Assembly: GCF_964213995.1 (NCBI RefSeq)
Contig: NC_135817.1
Location: 44,268,001 to 44,332,000, forward strand
Reading direction: 5' to 3'
DNA from: Mustelus asterias
Taxonomy: Eukaryota
Length of the DNA: 64,000 nt
This document shows positions 26,047 through 39,204 of the stretch, one piece after another; within the stretch, counting starts at the first letter, position 1; the number at the start of each line of letters is the position of its first letter. The notes under the pieces were generated by a model. The model did no database searches, was not told where the DNA came from, and worked only from the letters and a program-made list of their open reading frames with translations. The position numbers and the translations under genes were made by a program.

Positions 26047-26330
26047 TTAAGTTTATTATATTAGTGTCACAAGTAGGCTTACATTAACACTGCAATGAAG
26101 TTAATCCCCCAGTCACCACACTCTGGCACCTGTTCGGGTACACTGAGGGAGAATTTAGCATGGCCAATGCACATAAACAGCATGTCTTTGGGACTGTGGG
26201 AGGAAACTGGAGCACCCGGAGGAAACCCACGCAGACACGGGAAGTATGTGCAGACTCCACACAGACAGTAACCTAAGCCGGAAATTAAACCTGGCACTGT
26301 GAGGCAGCAGTGCTAACCACTGTGCCACCG
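26047..26330 (-). mobile_element. V-SINE (alternative tail)
   Basis: Reverse-complement copy of the same SINE family. Confidence 0.85.
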
Positions 26331-26509
26331 ATCGCAGCATTGGTGACCAGATCCCTGAGGTTTCTACTCTGCTTCCCAAGACCATTTCAAAGTCATACCT
26401 GCAGGGCCACAGCCACACATAGGCTGGGGCTCGTGCTGTCTGGAACTGCTACGCTGACCCAATGGGCACCACCACCAGTTAGCTAAGCTTTCCCCTGGGG
26501 GAAGGGGGG

Positions 26510-29112
26510 AAAAGGGGGATGGTTACAGTGTGTGTGGGTATGGGAGGGAGAGGGCATGGCTACAGTGTGCGTAGGGATGGAGAGGGGTAGTTTACAGTGT
26601 GTGAATGGAGGTGAAGACGGGGTAGTTACAGTGTGTGTGAGGTGGAGAGGGGATGGTTCCAGTGTGTGAATGGGAATGGGGAGGGGGTGGTTACAGTGTG
26701 TGAGTGGGCGGTAGAGGGGGTGGTTACAGTGTGTGAATGGGGGTGGAGAGGGGGTGGTTACAGTCTGTGAATGGGAGTGGAGAGGGAGTGATTACAGAGT
26801 GTGAATTGGGGGGAGAGGGCATGGTTACAGTGTGTGAATTGGGGGGGAGGGAGTGGTTACAGTGTGTGAATTGGGGGGGAGGGGGTGGTTACAGTGTGTG
26901 AATTGGGGGGGAGGGGGTGGTTACAGTGTGTGAATTGGGGGGGAGGGGGTGGTTACAGTGTGTGAATGGGGGTGGAGAGGGGGTGGTTACACTGTGTGAA
27001 TGGGGGGGAGAGGGGGTGGTCACAGTGTGTGAATGGGGGGGAGAGGGGGTGGTTACAGTGTGAGAATTGGGGGGGAGAGGGGGTGGTTACAGTGTGTGAA
27101 TTGGGGGGGAGAAGGGGTGGTTACACTGTGTGAATGGGGGTGGAGAGGGGGTGGTTACAGTGTGTGAATGGGGGGGAGAGGGGATGGTTACAGTGTGCGA
27201 ATGGGGATGGAGAGGGGGTGGTTACAGTGTGTGAATGGGGGGGAGAGGGGGTGGTTACAGTGTGTGAATGGGGATGGAAAGGGGGTGGTTAGAGTGTGTG
27301 AATGGGGAGAGGGGGTGGTTACAGTGTGTGAATGGGGGGGAGAGGGGGTGGTTACAGTGTGCGAATGGGGATGGAGAGGGGGTGGTTACAGTGTGTGAAT
27401 GCGGGGGGAGAGGGGGATGGAGAGGGGGTGGTTACAGTGTGTGAATGGGGGGGAGAGGGGGTGGTTGCAGTGTGTGAATGGGGGGGAGAGGGGGTGGTTA
27501 GAGTGTGTGAATGGGGAGAGGGGGTGGTTGCAGTGTGTGAATGGGGATGGAGAGGGGGTGGTTAGAGTGTGTGAATGGGGAGAGGGGGTGGTTGCAGTGT
27601 GTGAATGGGGGGGAGAGGGGGTGGTTACAGTGTGTGAATGGGGATGGAGAGGGGGTGGTTAGAGTATGTGAATGGGGATGGAGAGGGGGTGGTTACAGTG
27701 TGTGAATGGGGGGGAGAGGGGGTGGTTGCAGTGTGTGAATGGGGGGAGAGGGGGTGGTTACAGTGTGTGAATGGGGAGAGGGGGTGGTTACAGTGTGTGA
27801 ATGGGGGGGAAAGGGGGTGGTTAGAGTGTGTGAATGGGGATGGAGAGGGGGTGGTTAGAGTGTGTGAATGGGGAGAGGGGGTGGTTAGAGTGTGTGAATG
27901 GGGAGAGGGGGTGGTTACAGTGTGCAAATGGGGGAATGGGAATAGTTATAGTGTGTGAATGGGGGATGGAGAGGGAGCGGTCACTGTGTGTGTGGGAAGG
28001 CAGAGGGGGTGGTTACAGTGTGTGAATGGGGGGGAGAGGGGCAGGTTACAGAGCGTGAATGGGGGAATGGAGATGGTTAGAGTGTGTGAATGGGGTTGAG
28101 AGGGGGTGGTTAGAGTGTGTGAATGGAGTGGGGAGGGGGTGGTGACATTGTGTGAATGAGGGGGGGATGGTTACAGTGTGTGTGGGAATGGAGAAGGAGT
28201 GTACAGTGTGTGAATGGGGGGGAGAGGGGCTGGTTACAGAGTGTGAATGGAGTGGAGACGGGATGGTTACAGTGTGTGAATGGGGATGGAGAGGGGGTGG
28301 TTACAGTGTGTGAATGGGGGTGCAGAGGGGATGGGTGGAGAGGGGCTGGTTACAGAGTGTGAATGGAGTGGAGACGGGATGGTTACAGTGTGTGAATGGG
28401 GGTGGAGAGGGGGTGGTTACAGTGTGTGACTGGAGGGGTAGAGGGGATGGTTACAGTTTGTGTGGGGTGGGGAGGGGGTGGTTACAGTGTGAATGGGGAA
28501 AGAGGGGGTGGTTACCGTGTGTGAATGGGGGGGAAGAGATGGTTACAGTGTGTGAATGGGGAGAACTGGTGGTTACAGTGTGTGAATGGGGAGAGCTGGT
28601 GGTTACAGTGTGTGAATGGGGGGGAAGAGATGGTTACAGTGTGTGAATGGGGAGAACTGGTGGTTACAGTGTGTGAATTGGGGGGAAGAGGCGGTGATTA
28701 CAGTGTATGAATGAGGGGAGAGGGTATGGTTGCAGTGTGTGAAAGGGGGGATGGGGGTGGTTACAGTGTATGATTGGGGGTGAGAGGGAGTGGTTACAGA
28801 GCGTGAATGGGGTGGAGAGGGGATGGTTACAGTGTGTGAATGGGTGGAGGAGGTGGTTACAGTGTGTGAATGGGGTGGTGAGGGAGTGGTTACAGTGTGT
28901 GAATGGGGTGGTGAGGGAGTGGTTACAGTGTGTGAATGGGAATGGCGAGGGGTGGTTACAGTGTGTGAATGGGCTGGAGAGCGGGTGGTTATAGTGTGTG
29001 AATGGGGGGGGAGAGGTGGTGATTACAGCATGTGAATGGGGGGAAACGGGGATGGTTACAGTGTGTAAATGGGGGTGGAGAGGGGGTGGTTACAGTGTAT
29101 GAATGGGGATGG
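26510..29112. repeat. G-rich minisatellite, ~30-34-bp unit (ggttacagtgtgtgaatggggggagagggggt), ~2.6 kb
   Basis: Dozens of tandem units, homogeneous in the centre and degenerate at both edges. Confidence 0.97.
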
Positions 29113-29530
29113 GTGTTGAGAGGTACTTATTCTTGATCTTGATCCAACAACAATAAAGGAACAGTGATGCATGTCCAAGTCAGGATGGCATATAACTTGG
29201 AAGGGAACTTGAAAGCAATGGGTCTGAATTATGTAGGGCATCTGGATTCCACAATCCCCAGGCTCACTTATCAGGAAGTGTGGGTGGAGGGTGCTTAATG
29301 GAACACCAGCTTGCCCAAGCTGTTTGATGTAGACTGGAGATGGGACTTCCACCCTCTTGACCAGGCATGCCATCGCGGGAGAGTTGCCGGCCAATTGGAG
29401 GCTCTCCATTACCAACAGTGCCCCTGAGAGCAGTGGTCAATGCACTTGGGGCATGAGGAGGCATTCAGCATTGGATCCAGCCCAGCAGGAGAGTGAGGGG
29501 CCTTCCCCAGGCAGGCCCGGTGAGAAGGGG

Positions 29531-29873
29531 GTAACGGTAGCACAGTGGTTAGCACTGCTGCTTCACAGCTCCAGGGTCCCGGGTTCGATTCCCGGCTCGG
29601 GTCACTGTCTGTGTGGAGTTTGCACATTCTCCTCGTGTCTGCGTGGGTTTCCTCCGGGTGCTCCGGTTTCCTCCCACAGTCCAAAGATGTGCGGGTTAGG
29701 TTGATTGGCCAGGTTAAAAAAATTGCCCCTTAGAGTCCTGGGATGCGTAGATTAGAGGGATTAGCAGGTAAAAATATGTGGGGGTAGGGCCTGGGTGGGA
29801 TTGTGGTCGGTGCAGACTCGATGGGCCGAATGGCCTCCTTCTGCACTGTAGGGTTTCTATGATTTCTTCTATG
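29531..29873 (+). mobile_element. HE1-type V-SINE with CR1/HER1-derived tail
   Basis: tRNA A/B boxes, V domain and tail gggccgaatggcctccttctgcactgtaggg...tctatga shared with CR1 3' ends. Confidence 0.9.
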
Positions 29874-30729
29874 AAGACTGAGGGGGCATGTGGTGGTGCT
29901 TGAGAAACCATGGCAGGAGAGGAAGCTATGTGGGATAACACCTTAGTTGGATGGGATAACATCTATAGGCCTAGGGGCCTGTTTTGGAGGGACGGTCCCC
30001 TGCCAACTATACAGGGCAACCTGCCAGATTGGTCCTTTGGCATGGACCTATCCTACTGTCAGTGAAATCCTGGCAATAATTGTCCATTTAAGGGCCTCAA
30101 CTGACTCACTGGCAGGTGGGCTGCCCAACACCCCGCCGCCACCACTAAAAATGCAGTGGCGGGCAGGGCTAGGCAGCATGTAGGCCACCTGCTGGACTTC
30201 AGTTGGCTTCTTCACATTCAAATCTGCTAGCCGGAGAGCATGTAACCCAGCCCCTGGTGCTCTCATGCCTTTCTTGGTGAGAGTGTTTATGAGCCTGGAA
30301 AATGCTGTCAAATCAAGCATGGCGAGTTGCTACATTGCATTTTGTAGATCGTACAAACTGCAGCCATAGTGCACTGACGGTAGAGGGTGTGGATATTGAG
30401 TCTCATGCCGAAGATGACCAGTGTCAGTTTAATTTTCTAAAGCAGGAAAAGAGGAACTTCTAGTGAGCTGACTAGACGGTTGCAGTAAATAGCTATTTCA
30501 CTGGAAACAGAATTAGCGCCAAGCCATAAGGCTTGCGTAACTCCATGTTGTTATGTAATTCTGCAGAAGCTGCTCACTTATATGAATGCTCATTTATTGA
30601 AGAGGATAAGATGGCATCATCGATTTTTACTCAACATTTGTCAACAATTCTGACTGACAACGTGTATTGACTTTAACAAGGGCATTGAGCTTGGCCTCTT
30701 GAAATACAAACTCCCTGATTGAGCTCTTT

Positions 30730-31375
30730 CCCAGTAGGATCTCCCCCTACTATCTTGGGGACCTAGGGTGGAGGGTGCTGCATGCAGCAGAACCATACAA
30801 TCATAGGTTCTTCTGGTTCACGGGCTCCCAAGCTTGCCCTTTTTGCAACCTTGTGGAGTCCGTTGACCATGTCTATGTTCTGTGTTTAGGCTGCACAACC
30901 TTTTCAGTTTCTCAAAAACCTTTTGTTGATGTTTTGTTTGCACTTCAGCTCCATGCTCCTGATCTACGGGCACCCCGTGCAGAGGGGGGCGGGGAAGGAG
31001 GAGGACCTCCTTGTGAACCTGCTCCTGGGCCTGGCAAGGCGTGCCATCTACAGATCCAGGCAGTGGGCGATTGAGGGGGTCGTCCAACCTGACTGTCTGC
31101 CTCTCTACCGCGCCTGTATTCGCGGCCAGGTGTCCCTGGAAATGGAGCATGCGGTGTCCGAGGGCACAATCGATGTCTTTCATGCCTGCTGGGCACTGCA
31201 GGGACTGGGGTGTATTACTGACCTCTTTAATCACATTTTAATTTGATATTTTAAGTTTCCTTTCCGCTTAGTTTTTTTTTGTTTCAGGCGGTTCCCGTCC
31301 TTTTAGGGAGCTGCCCCTTTTGAGTTGTCCTTAAGTTAGTTTGATTTTGTTTATTTGGTTCAACTGGAGAATATA
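30730..31375 (+). mobile_element. Tx1-clade (L1 group) LINE 3' fragment
   Basis: zf-RVT-like DLGWRVLHAA...CPFCNLVESVDHVYVLC and DLLVNLLLGLARRAIYRSR, followed by a T-rich 3' UTR. 18-bp TSD tccctgaYtgagctcttt at 30712-30729 and 31376-31393. Confidence 0.8.
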
Positions 31376-31609
31376 TCCCTGACTGAGCTCTTTATTGCCT
31401 GTCCAATCAGGGAGTCTTTTCTGTAGATGTAACTGGGAGTGTCAGGTCTCCTGATAGCCTGGATTTTCACACAGAATCTGTAGCATTGTATGAACTATAA
31501 TAGAGTTTGTAAATAAATGGGAATCTGGTGGAGGGATACAGGCCTCCACTGACTTATTTCAAAATGGTTATGTGTTACTCTGAAATTCATATGACCCAAT
31601 TCCAATGTT

Positions 31610-34600
31610 TCTTGGGACTGCAATTGTTTACGATTTACATAGTTGATTTGGAGTTGGGGACCAAGTGTAATGTGTCAAAATTTGCAGATGATACTAAGAT
31701 GGGTGGCAGAGCAAATTGTGCAGAGGACGCTGAAAGTCTGCAAAGGGATATAGATAGTCTAAGTGAGTGGGCGAGGGTCTAGCAGATGGAGTACAATGTT
31801 GGTGAATGTGAGATCATTCATTTTGGTAGGAATAACAGCAAAATGGACTATTAGTTAAATGGTAAAAAATTGCAGCATGCTGCTGTGCAGAGGGACCTGG
31901 GTGTCCTTGTGCAAGAATCACAAAGAGTTGGTTTGCAGATGCAGCAGGTAATTAAGAAGGCAAATGGAATTTTGTCCTTCATTGCTAGAGGGATGGAGTT
32001 TAAAAACAGCGAGGTTATGTTGCAGCTGTATAAGGTGCTGGTGAGGCCACACCTGGAATACTGTGTACAGTTTTGGTCTCCTTACTTGAGAAAGAATATA
32101 CTGGCATTGGAGGGGGTGCAGAGGAGATTCACTAAGTTGATTCCGGAGTTGAGAGGGTTGGTTTATGATGAGAGATTGAGTAGACTGGGGCTATACTCAT
32201 TGGAATTCAGAAGAATGAGGGGAGATCTTATAGCAATGTATAAGATTACAAAGAACAAAGAACAGTACAGCACAGGAAACAGGCCCTTCGGCTCTCCAAG
32301 CCTGTGCCGCTCCTTGGTCCAACGAGACCAATCGTTTGTATCCCTCCATTCCCAGGCTGCTCATGTGACTATCCAGGTAAGTCTTAAACGATGTCAGCGT
32401 GCCTGCCTCCACCACCCTACTTGGCAGCGCATTCCAGGCCCCCACCACCCTCTGTGTAAAAAACATCCCTCTGATGTCTGAGTTATACTTCGCCCCTCTC
32501 ACCTTGAGCCTGTGACCCCTCGTGATCGTCACCTCCGACCTGGGAAAAAGCTTCCCACTGTTCACCCTATCTATCCCCTTCATAATCTTGTACACCTCTA
32601 TTAGATCTCCCCTCATTCTCTGTCTTTCCAGGGAGAACAACCCCAGTTTACCCAATCTCTCCTCATAGCTAAGACCCTCCATACCAGGCAACATCCTGGT
32701 AAACCTTCTCTGCACTCTCTCTAACGCCTCCACGTCCTTCTGGTAGTGTGGCGACCAGAACTGGACGCAGTACTCCAAATGTGGCCTAACCAGCGTTCTA
32801 TACAGCTGCATCATCAGACTCCAGCTTTTATACTCTATACCCCGTCCTATAAAGGCAAGCATACCATATGCCTTCTTCACCACCTTCTCCACCTGTGTTG
32901 CCACCTTCAAGGATTTGTGAACTTGCACACCTAGGTCCCTCTGTGTTTCTATACTCCTGATGACTCTGCCATTTATTGTATAACTCCTCCCTACATTAGT
33001 TCTTCCAAAATGCATCACTTCGCATTTATCCGGATTAAACTCCATCTGCCACCTCTCCACCCAATTTTCCAGCCTATCTATATCCTGCTGTATTGCCCGA
33101 CAATGCTCTTCGCTATCCGCAAGTCCAGCCATCTTCGTGTCATCCGCAAAGTTGCTGATTACACCAGTTACACCTTCTTCCAAATCATTTATATATATCA
33201 CAAATAGCAGAGGTCCCAGTACAGAGCCCTGCGGAACACCACTGGTCACAGACCTCCAGCCGGAAAAAGACCCTTCGACCACTACCCTCTGTCTCCTATG
33301 GCCAAGCCAGTTCTCCACCCATCTAGCCACTTCTCCTTGTATCCCATGAGCCTTAACCTTCTTAACCAACCTGCCATGTGGGACTTTGTCAAATGCCTTA
33401 CTGAAATCCATATAGACGACATCCACGGCCCTGCCTTCATCAACCGTTTTTGTCACTTCCTCAAAGAACTCCACCAAATTTGTAAGGCACGACCTCCCTC
33501 TTACAAAACCATGCTGTCTGTCACTAATGAGATTGTTCCGTTCTAAATGCACATACATCCTGTCTCTAAGAATCCTCTCCAACAACTTCCCTACCACGGA
33601 CGTCAAGCTCACCGGCCTATAATTTCCTGGGTTATCCCTGCTACCCTTCTTAAACAACGGGACCACATTCGCTATCCTCCCATCCTCAGGGACCTCACCC
33701 GTGTCCAAAGAAGCGACAAAGATTTCCATCAGAGGCCCAGCAATTTCATCTCTCGTCTCCCTGAGCAGTCGAGGATAGATGCCATCAGGCCCTGGGGCTT
33801 TGTCAGTTTTAATGTTCCCTAAAAAACCTAACACTTCCTCTCTTGTAATGGAGATTTTCTCTAACGGGTCAACACCTCCCTCCGAGACACTCCCGGTTAA
33901 CACGCCCCTCTCCCTCGTGAATACCGATGCAAAGTATTCATTTAGGATCTCCACTATTCCCTTGGGTTCTAAGCATAATTCCCCTCCTTTGTCCCTGAGA
34001 GGTCCGATTTTCTCCCTGACAACTCTTTTGTTCCTAACGTATGAATAGAATGCCTTAGGATTCTCCTTAATCCTGCCTGCCAAGAACATTTCGTGACCTC
34101 TTTTTGCCCTTCTAACTCCCTGTTTGAGTTATTTCCTACTCTCTCTGTATTCCTCCAGCGCTCCATCTGTTTTCAGTTGCCTGGACTTAACGTACGCCTC
34201 CCTTTTCATTTTAATCAGATCCTCAATTTCCCTGGTTATCCACGGCTCTCGAATCCTACCTTTCCTATCTTTCCTTTTTACAGGCACATGCCTATCCTGC
34301 TATTGTGAAGGGAAAAGATGAGATAGAAGCAGGGAAGTTGTTTCCATTGGCGGGTGAAAGTAGAACTAGGGGGGCATGGCCTCAAAATAAGGAGGAACAG
34401 ATTCAGGACTGAGTTGAGGAGGAACTTCTTCACACAAAGGATTGTGAATCTGTGGAATTCCCTGCCCAGTGAAACAGTTGAGGCTACCTCATTGAATGTT
34501 TTTAAGGCAAGGATAGATAAATTTTTGAACAGTAAAGGAATTAAGGATTATGGTGAGTGGACGGGTAAGTGGAGCTGAGTCCACCAAAATATCAGCCATG

Positions 34601-34670
34601 ATCTTATTGAATGGCGGAGCAGGCTCGAGGGGCCAGATAGCCTACTCCTGCATCTAGTTCTTATGTTCTT
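31610..34670 (+). mobile_element. CR1 LINE 3' part, split by a nested minus-strand CR1
   Basis: SKFADDTKMGG...RGDLIAMYKI stops at ~32248 and resumes at ~34302 through to the 3' tail tcttatgttctt. Confidence 0.9.
32249..34300 (-). mobile_element. Young CR1 LINE (subfamily B), ~2 kb, with uninterrupted RT domain
   Basis: Long open ORF with PGPDGIYP, NYRPVSLTS, DFSKAFDKV, GVPQGSVLGP and FADD. It is 5'-truncated and lacks the APE endonuclease. Confidence 0.97.
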
Positions 34671-35434
34671 AAAATGTTATTTTTCATCACTGAATAATAT
34701 TGACATCTCCACAATTATGGTTATGTCTGAAAATTAAGAGAAACACACAAGCAACTGAACAATAGTTCAATACCTATTTCCAGTTTCAAATATGATTGGT
34801 AGGCTATAATAATTGACACCTTTGGGATACCACACAATGGTGTGGTTAGAAAGTGTAAATCTTGGTCACTCAAAGTTACCTCTAAATTTATATAGCTTTA
34901 CTACACCTCTCATCACATGTTTTTCTGTTTCTGAGCAGTTAAAAAAGTGTTGATCAGACTTTTAAAAAAAACTCTAGAATTATAGAAATGACAACGCTTC
35001 TAGGATGTAATAATAATCAACAATGGTAACCTGTCCACTGTACATCACGCTGTGAGCAACTTACTCAAACAATTACAACTCCACCACTTCAACCCCAGCA
35101 TGCAACAAACCTCCCACAGCCAAATTCTTCAACATCTGCTCGCTGTTGAATCAGAATTATTTATTTCTCTCTATTCGGAGTTTTCAAAGTGTGGTTTAGT
35201 CATCTAATCACAAACAGGGGGGCACAGATAGTGAGACACTGCAGAACTAGGCAAGATAGTCAGTGAAAAAGATGAAGCCACAGAAAGATATGGAGAGGTG
35301 GACAGCGAGACTGTGGACATGTTTCAACACTTAGGCTCAATTGATCTGGTTTCACCTGAAAGCCAACCTGCTCCCATCAGGTGAATAAAAGCCAAGATCA
35401 GCATTCAGCTGCAAAAAAGAGATGGAGAGATAGA

Positions 35435-35745
35435 GTTTAAGTTTAAGTTCATTTATTATTGTCACAAGTAGGCTTACATGAACACTGCAATGAAGTTACT
35501 GTGAAAATCCCCTACTCGCCACACTCCGGCGCCTGTTCAGGTACTCTGAGGGAGAGTTTACCAGGGCCAATGCACCTCACCAGCACATCTTTCGGACTGT
35601 GGGAGGAAACCAAAACACTCAGAGGAAACTGATGCTGACAGAGGATGTGCAAACTCCATGCAGACATTGACCCAAGCCGGGAATCAAACCCAGGTCCCTG
35701 GCACTGTGAAGCAGCAATGCTAACCACTATGCCACCGTGCCGCCC
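35435..35745 (-). mobile_element. V-SINE (alternative tail)
   Basis: Full reverse-complement copy from gggcggcacggtggc to the (aaactt)n tail. Confidence 0.88.
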
Positions 35746-36430
35746 ATAGACAGAATGGGAGTTGGAAAGAGAGCAAAACAGCAGGATTGAAAGACAGACA
35801 GATCAAGAAATACAGGAAACCAGAGACATGGGAAAGAGAAAGACAGTGAGGAAAATTAGAAAATCTGAGATATATTACTTAACTATGGTAAATGATAGGA
35901 ACAAATGTATCTACTTATTTACCTGCAACACTATTGGTTGATGCTGCCTGAGGAAGAATGATACAAGGTATCAAACAGTACAGATCACAGCAAGAAATTA
36001 CACTTATCAGACTGAATTTTCAAGATGGCGAGCACTTGATGGCCACCATCCTGGGAGTTGGCGGGGATGCGATAGGCCTACTGCCATTTTACACTCACGT
36101 GAGCATTGATTGGCAGCAGGCAGGACTTCCATCCACCCTTGGACGGCTGTCATGCCTTGGAGAGCTGTCGTCCAATCAGATTGGCGGACAACTCTCCGGC
36201 AACTCCAGGCATAGCGCTGCATAGCTTCTTGGGCCAGAAGAGGGGGTGGTGGGGTGGGGGGGGGGGGGGTGGTGAAGGGGGTGAGGGGGGTGAGGGGGGT
36301 GGGGGGGTGAGGGGGGTGTGGGGGGGGTGGGGTTGGGGGTGTGGGGGGTGGGGGGGGTGGGGGGGTGGGCGATATCGGAGTCAGAGAGTAGGCCTGGCGG
36401 GGGCAGGAGAGCTGAAGCTCCCAGATCCCT

Positions 36431-37478
36431 GAACAAAGAACAAAGAACAAAGAACAATACAGCACAGGAACAGGCCCTTCGGCCCTCCAAGCCCGCGCCG
36501 CTCCCCGGTCCAGGATTGAATCCTGAATCCAGGATCCCCGCCCAATTTTTTCAGCCTATCTACATACCAATATCCTATCCACCGAGCTGTCCCTCACAGC
36601 TACGATGCTTTGTTCATTACAACCTATTAACTCACCCCCACCCCCTATTCCAGACCATGTGATCCCCAGGGAGAGGCGAAAACCTAGAGTGAAAAACCCC
36701 AGGGCCAATATGGGGAAAAAAAAAATCTGGGAAATTCCTCTCCGACCCCCTGAGGCGATCGAAACGAGTCCAGGAGATCACAATGGCCCTGATCGGAAAA
36801 TGCTTCCCAACCCTAGTCATTTCCACTTCCATGAACACCATATGAATTCCCTGCCCCCGAGACAGGTTCCCAACTATCCGCAGTCTCGCTCTGTACTGGC
36901 ACCAGCAAGATGATCATAGAATGAAGCCTTGAAACGAGAAACAAGGAACAATTAGCCCGCGCCGCTCCCTGGTCCAAACTAGACCACTCTTTTGTATCCC
37001 TCCATTCCCACTCCGGTCATATAGCTGTCTAGATAAGTCTTAAACGTTCCCAGTGTGTCCGCCTCCACCACCTTGCCCGGCAACACATTCCAGGCCCCCA
37101 CGACCCTCTGTGTGAAATATGTCCTTCTGATATCTGTGTTAAACCTCCCCCCCTTCAAAGAACAAAGAACAAAGAACAGTACAGCACAGGAAACAGGCCT
37201 TCGGCCCTCCAAGCCTGTGCCGCTCCTTGGTCCAACTAGACCAATCGTTTGTATCCCTCCATTCCCAGGCTGCTCATGTGACTAACCAGGTAAGTCTTAA
37301 ACGATGTCAGCGTGCCTGCCTCCACCACCCTACTTGGCAGCGCATTCCAGGCCCCCACCACCCTCTGTGTAAAAAACGTCCCTCTGATGTCTGAGTTATA
37401 CTTCGCCCCTCTCAGCTTGAGCCTGTGACCCCTCGTGATCGTCACCTCCGACCTGGGAAAAAGCTTCCCACTGTTCAC
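36431..37478 (-). mobile_element. Composite of two head-to-tail CR1 3' ends (A: 36431-37157, B: 37157-37478)
   Basis: Two (caaagaa)n tails. A matches 3078-3875 and B matches 32249-32560. A carries a ~440-bp insert in its 3' UTR. Confidence 0.9.
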
Positions 37479-38579
37479 TGAAGGGAGTGCACCCTAAATC
37501 TGCCGGTGTCATCAGATTGAGGCAAGCCCCTCTTCCTGCCCAAGAAATAGATTGCTAACTTTTTCTAATTGGCACCCTGTTCCAACTGGTGCCCGCCAGT
37601 CTGAACATTGAGGCTGGATGGGAAAAGGCCATAAATGGCCACTAATAGGCTGAAATAGGGGTATGGGGTGGACTTCTCATCTGAGGCACTGTCTGTTCCA
37701 CTGTGAAATTAGGTGGGGGTCAGGGCCAGTGGGATCTTGGGCAGAATCCCACCCATACAATTTCACCAACCTCGCCACCACGCCTCCCCCCCACCCACAC
37801 ACACAGCCTCAGAACCCACCAGAGGGGTGGGGTTGATTCCAGCCATAAAGAACCTTTAATATAGAAAATTGTTCCCTGACAATACGCAAAGGAAGCCAGG
37901 AGTGGGCACCAAACCTTTGTTATAGAGTTGAGAGATGAAAGGCTTGACAGAGCTTGATTTACAGGAGGGATTTACATAGGAAGTGAGTTCCACAAGTACA
38001 GCACACCAGCTGGAACGGAGTGTAGGACAGGAGGGACGCTCAAAGTCCAGAAACATATGACTGGAGAGCAATGGTTTTTTTCAAAATCTGGCATGAAAGA
38101 TCGTGGAGGAATCTGAAAATAAGAATGAGGACCGGGGACAGGGGGCCAGAGTGGTTCAATGGAGTCATTGAAGGTGTAATGGGCAAGTGGGATTTACTGA
38201 TGGGCAGCAGGTGTTTAGGTAAATTGGAGTGTGTAGAGATTTGGGGGCCTGTGACAGTGGTGAAGCTGAATTTAAACTTCATGTTAATATCGATAAGCAT
38301 TTCAGCAGCAGTGAGGATGCAGTGGGGCAGCAACAAAAGATGTGGGAAAGGTAGAAGTCACCACTTTTGTGGATGAATAAGATAATGATGTTTGAAATTC
38401 CGCTTTGGTCAAAAGGGAATCTGAGCTTTTGCACGGCCTACTTCAGCCAGAGTGAGCTGCCAAGGAAAGGGGTGTAGTCACTGGTAAGGGAATAGTCTTT
38501 ATGATCAAGGAACAAAACAAAGATTCCGTTTTTCTGATATTCCTTTGAAGGAATATAGAAATGGCTGGATTGAAAAAAG

Positions 38580-38850
38580 ACAGTAAGAGTTTTAACAACA
38601 CCAGGTTAAAGTCCAACAGGTTTATTTGGTAGTAAATACCATTAGCTTTCGGAGCGCTGCTCCTTCGTCAGATGGAGTGGAAATGTGCTCTCAGACAGGG
38701 CATACAGAGACACAAAAATCAAGTTACAGACTGATTAGAATGCGAATCCCTACAACCAGCCAGATCTTAAAGATACAGACAATGTGGGTGGAGGGAACAT
38801 TAAGCACAGGTTAAAGAGATGTGTATTGTCTCCAGACAGGACAGCCTGCA
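38580..38850 (-). mobile_element. Penelope pLTR fragment with intact hammerhead motif
   Basis: Same terminus as 1850-2058 and 63251-63560. Confidence 0.85.
38639..38675 (-). ncRNA. Minimal type I hammerhead ribozyme motif
   Basis: CCAT-CTGACGA-A-GGAGC-AGC-GCTCC-GAAA-GC-TA-ATGG: core boxes, stem II, stem I CCAT/ATGG and palindromic AGCT stem III. Confidence 0.8.
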
Positions 38851-39204
38851 CATCTTGTAAAAAGACCACAGTCCATCTAGTTCATCTTCTACCACACTGG
38901 CAGTCATGCTGGTAACAACGAGGTGTTGATGAATAATCAGGGCCTAATGCTGTCCTGATTTGTAACTATCTTGTGAACTGGTATTCGGACTGATATAGGA
39001 GTATGATTCTTCCACCATCCGGTGGTCATTTGCTGCCATTACACCTTCAATAATGCCGATTTCCTTTCCTCCCCAATAATGTGCTGCACAACTGTTCTTG
39101 CTGTCCGTCGTCACCTCAGAGCTGAACTGGCTGCCAACCACAGGGTCAGTTTATTTGCATACCCAGTGGAGATGATTGAGCAGTATCCCATATAATGCAG
39201 GAAT

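Noticed and set aside
27168-29035. Many ORFs with repeating GWLQCVNG / VVTVCEWG peptides
   Set aside because: These are translations of the minisatellite in several frames, with no splice or promoter evidence.
32197-34089. 630-aa reverse transcriptase ORF as a host gene or active element
   Set aside because: It is a 5'-truncated CR1 ORF2 without endonuclease, ORF1 or promoter, and the ORF runs on through the 3' UTR.
36007-36490. Pro/Gly-rich ORFs
   Set aside because: Low-complexity G-tract expansion.
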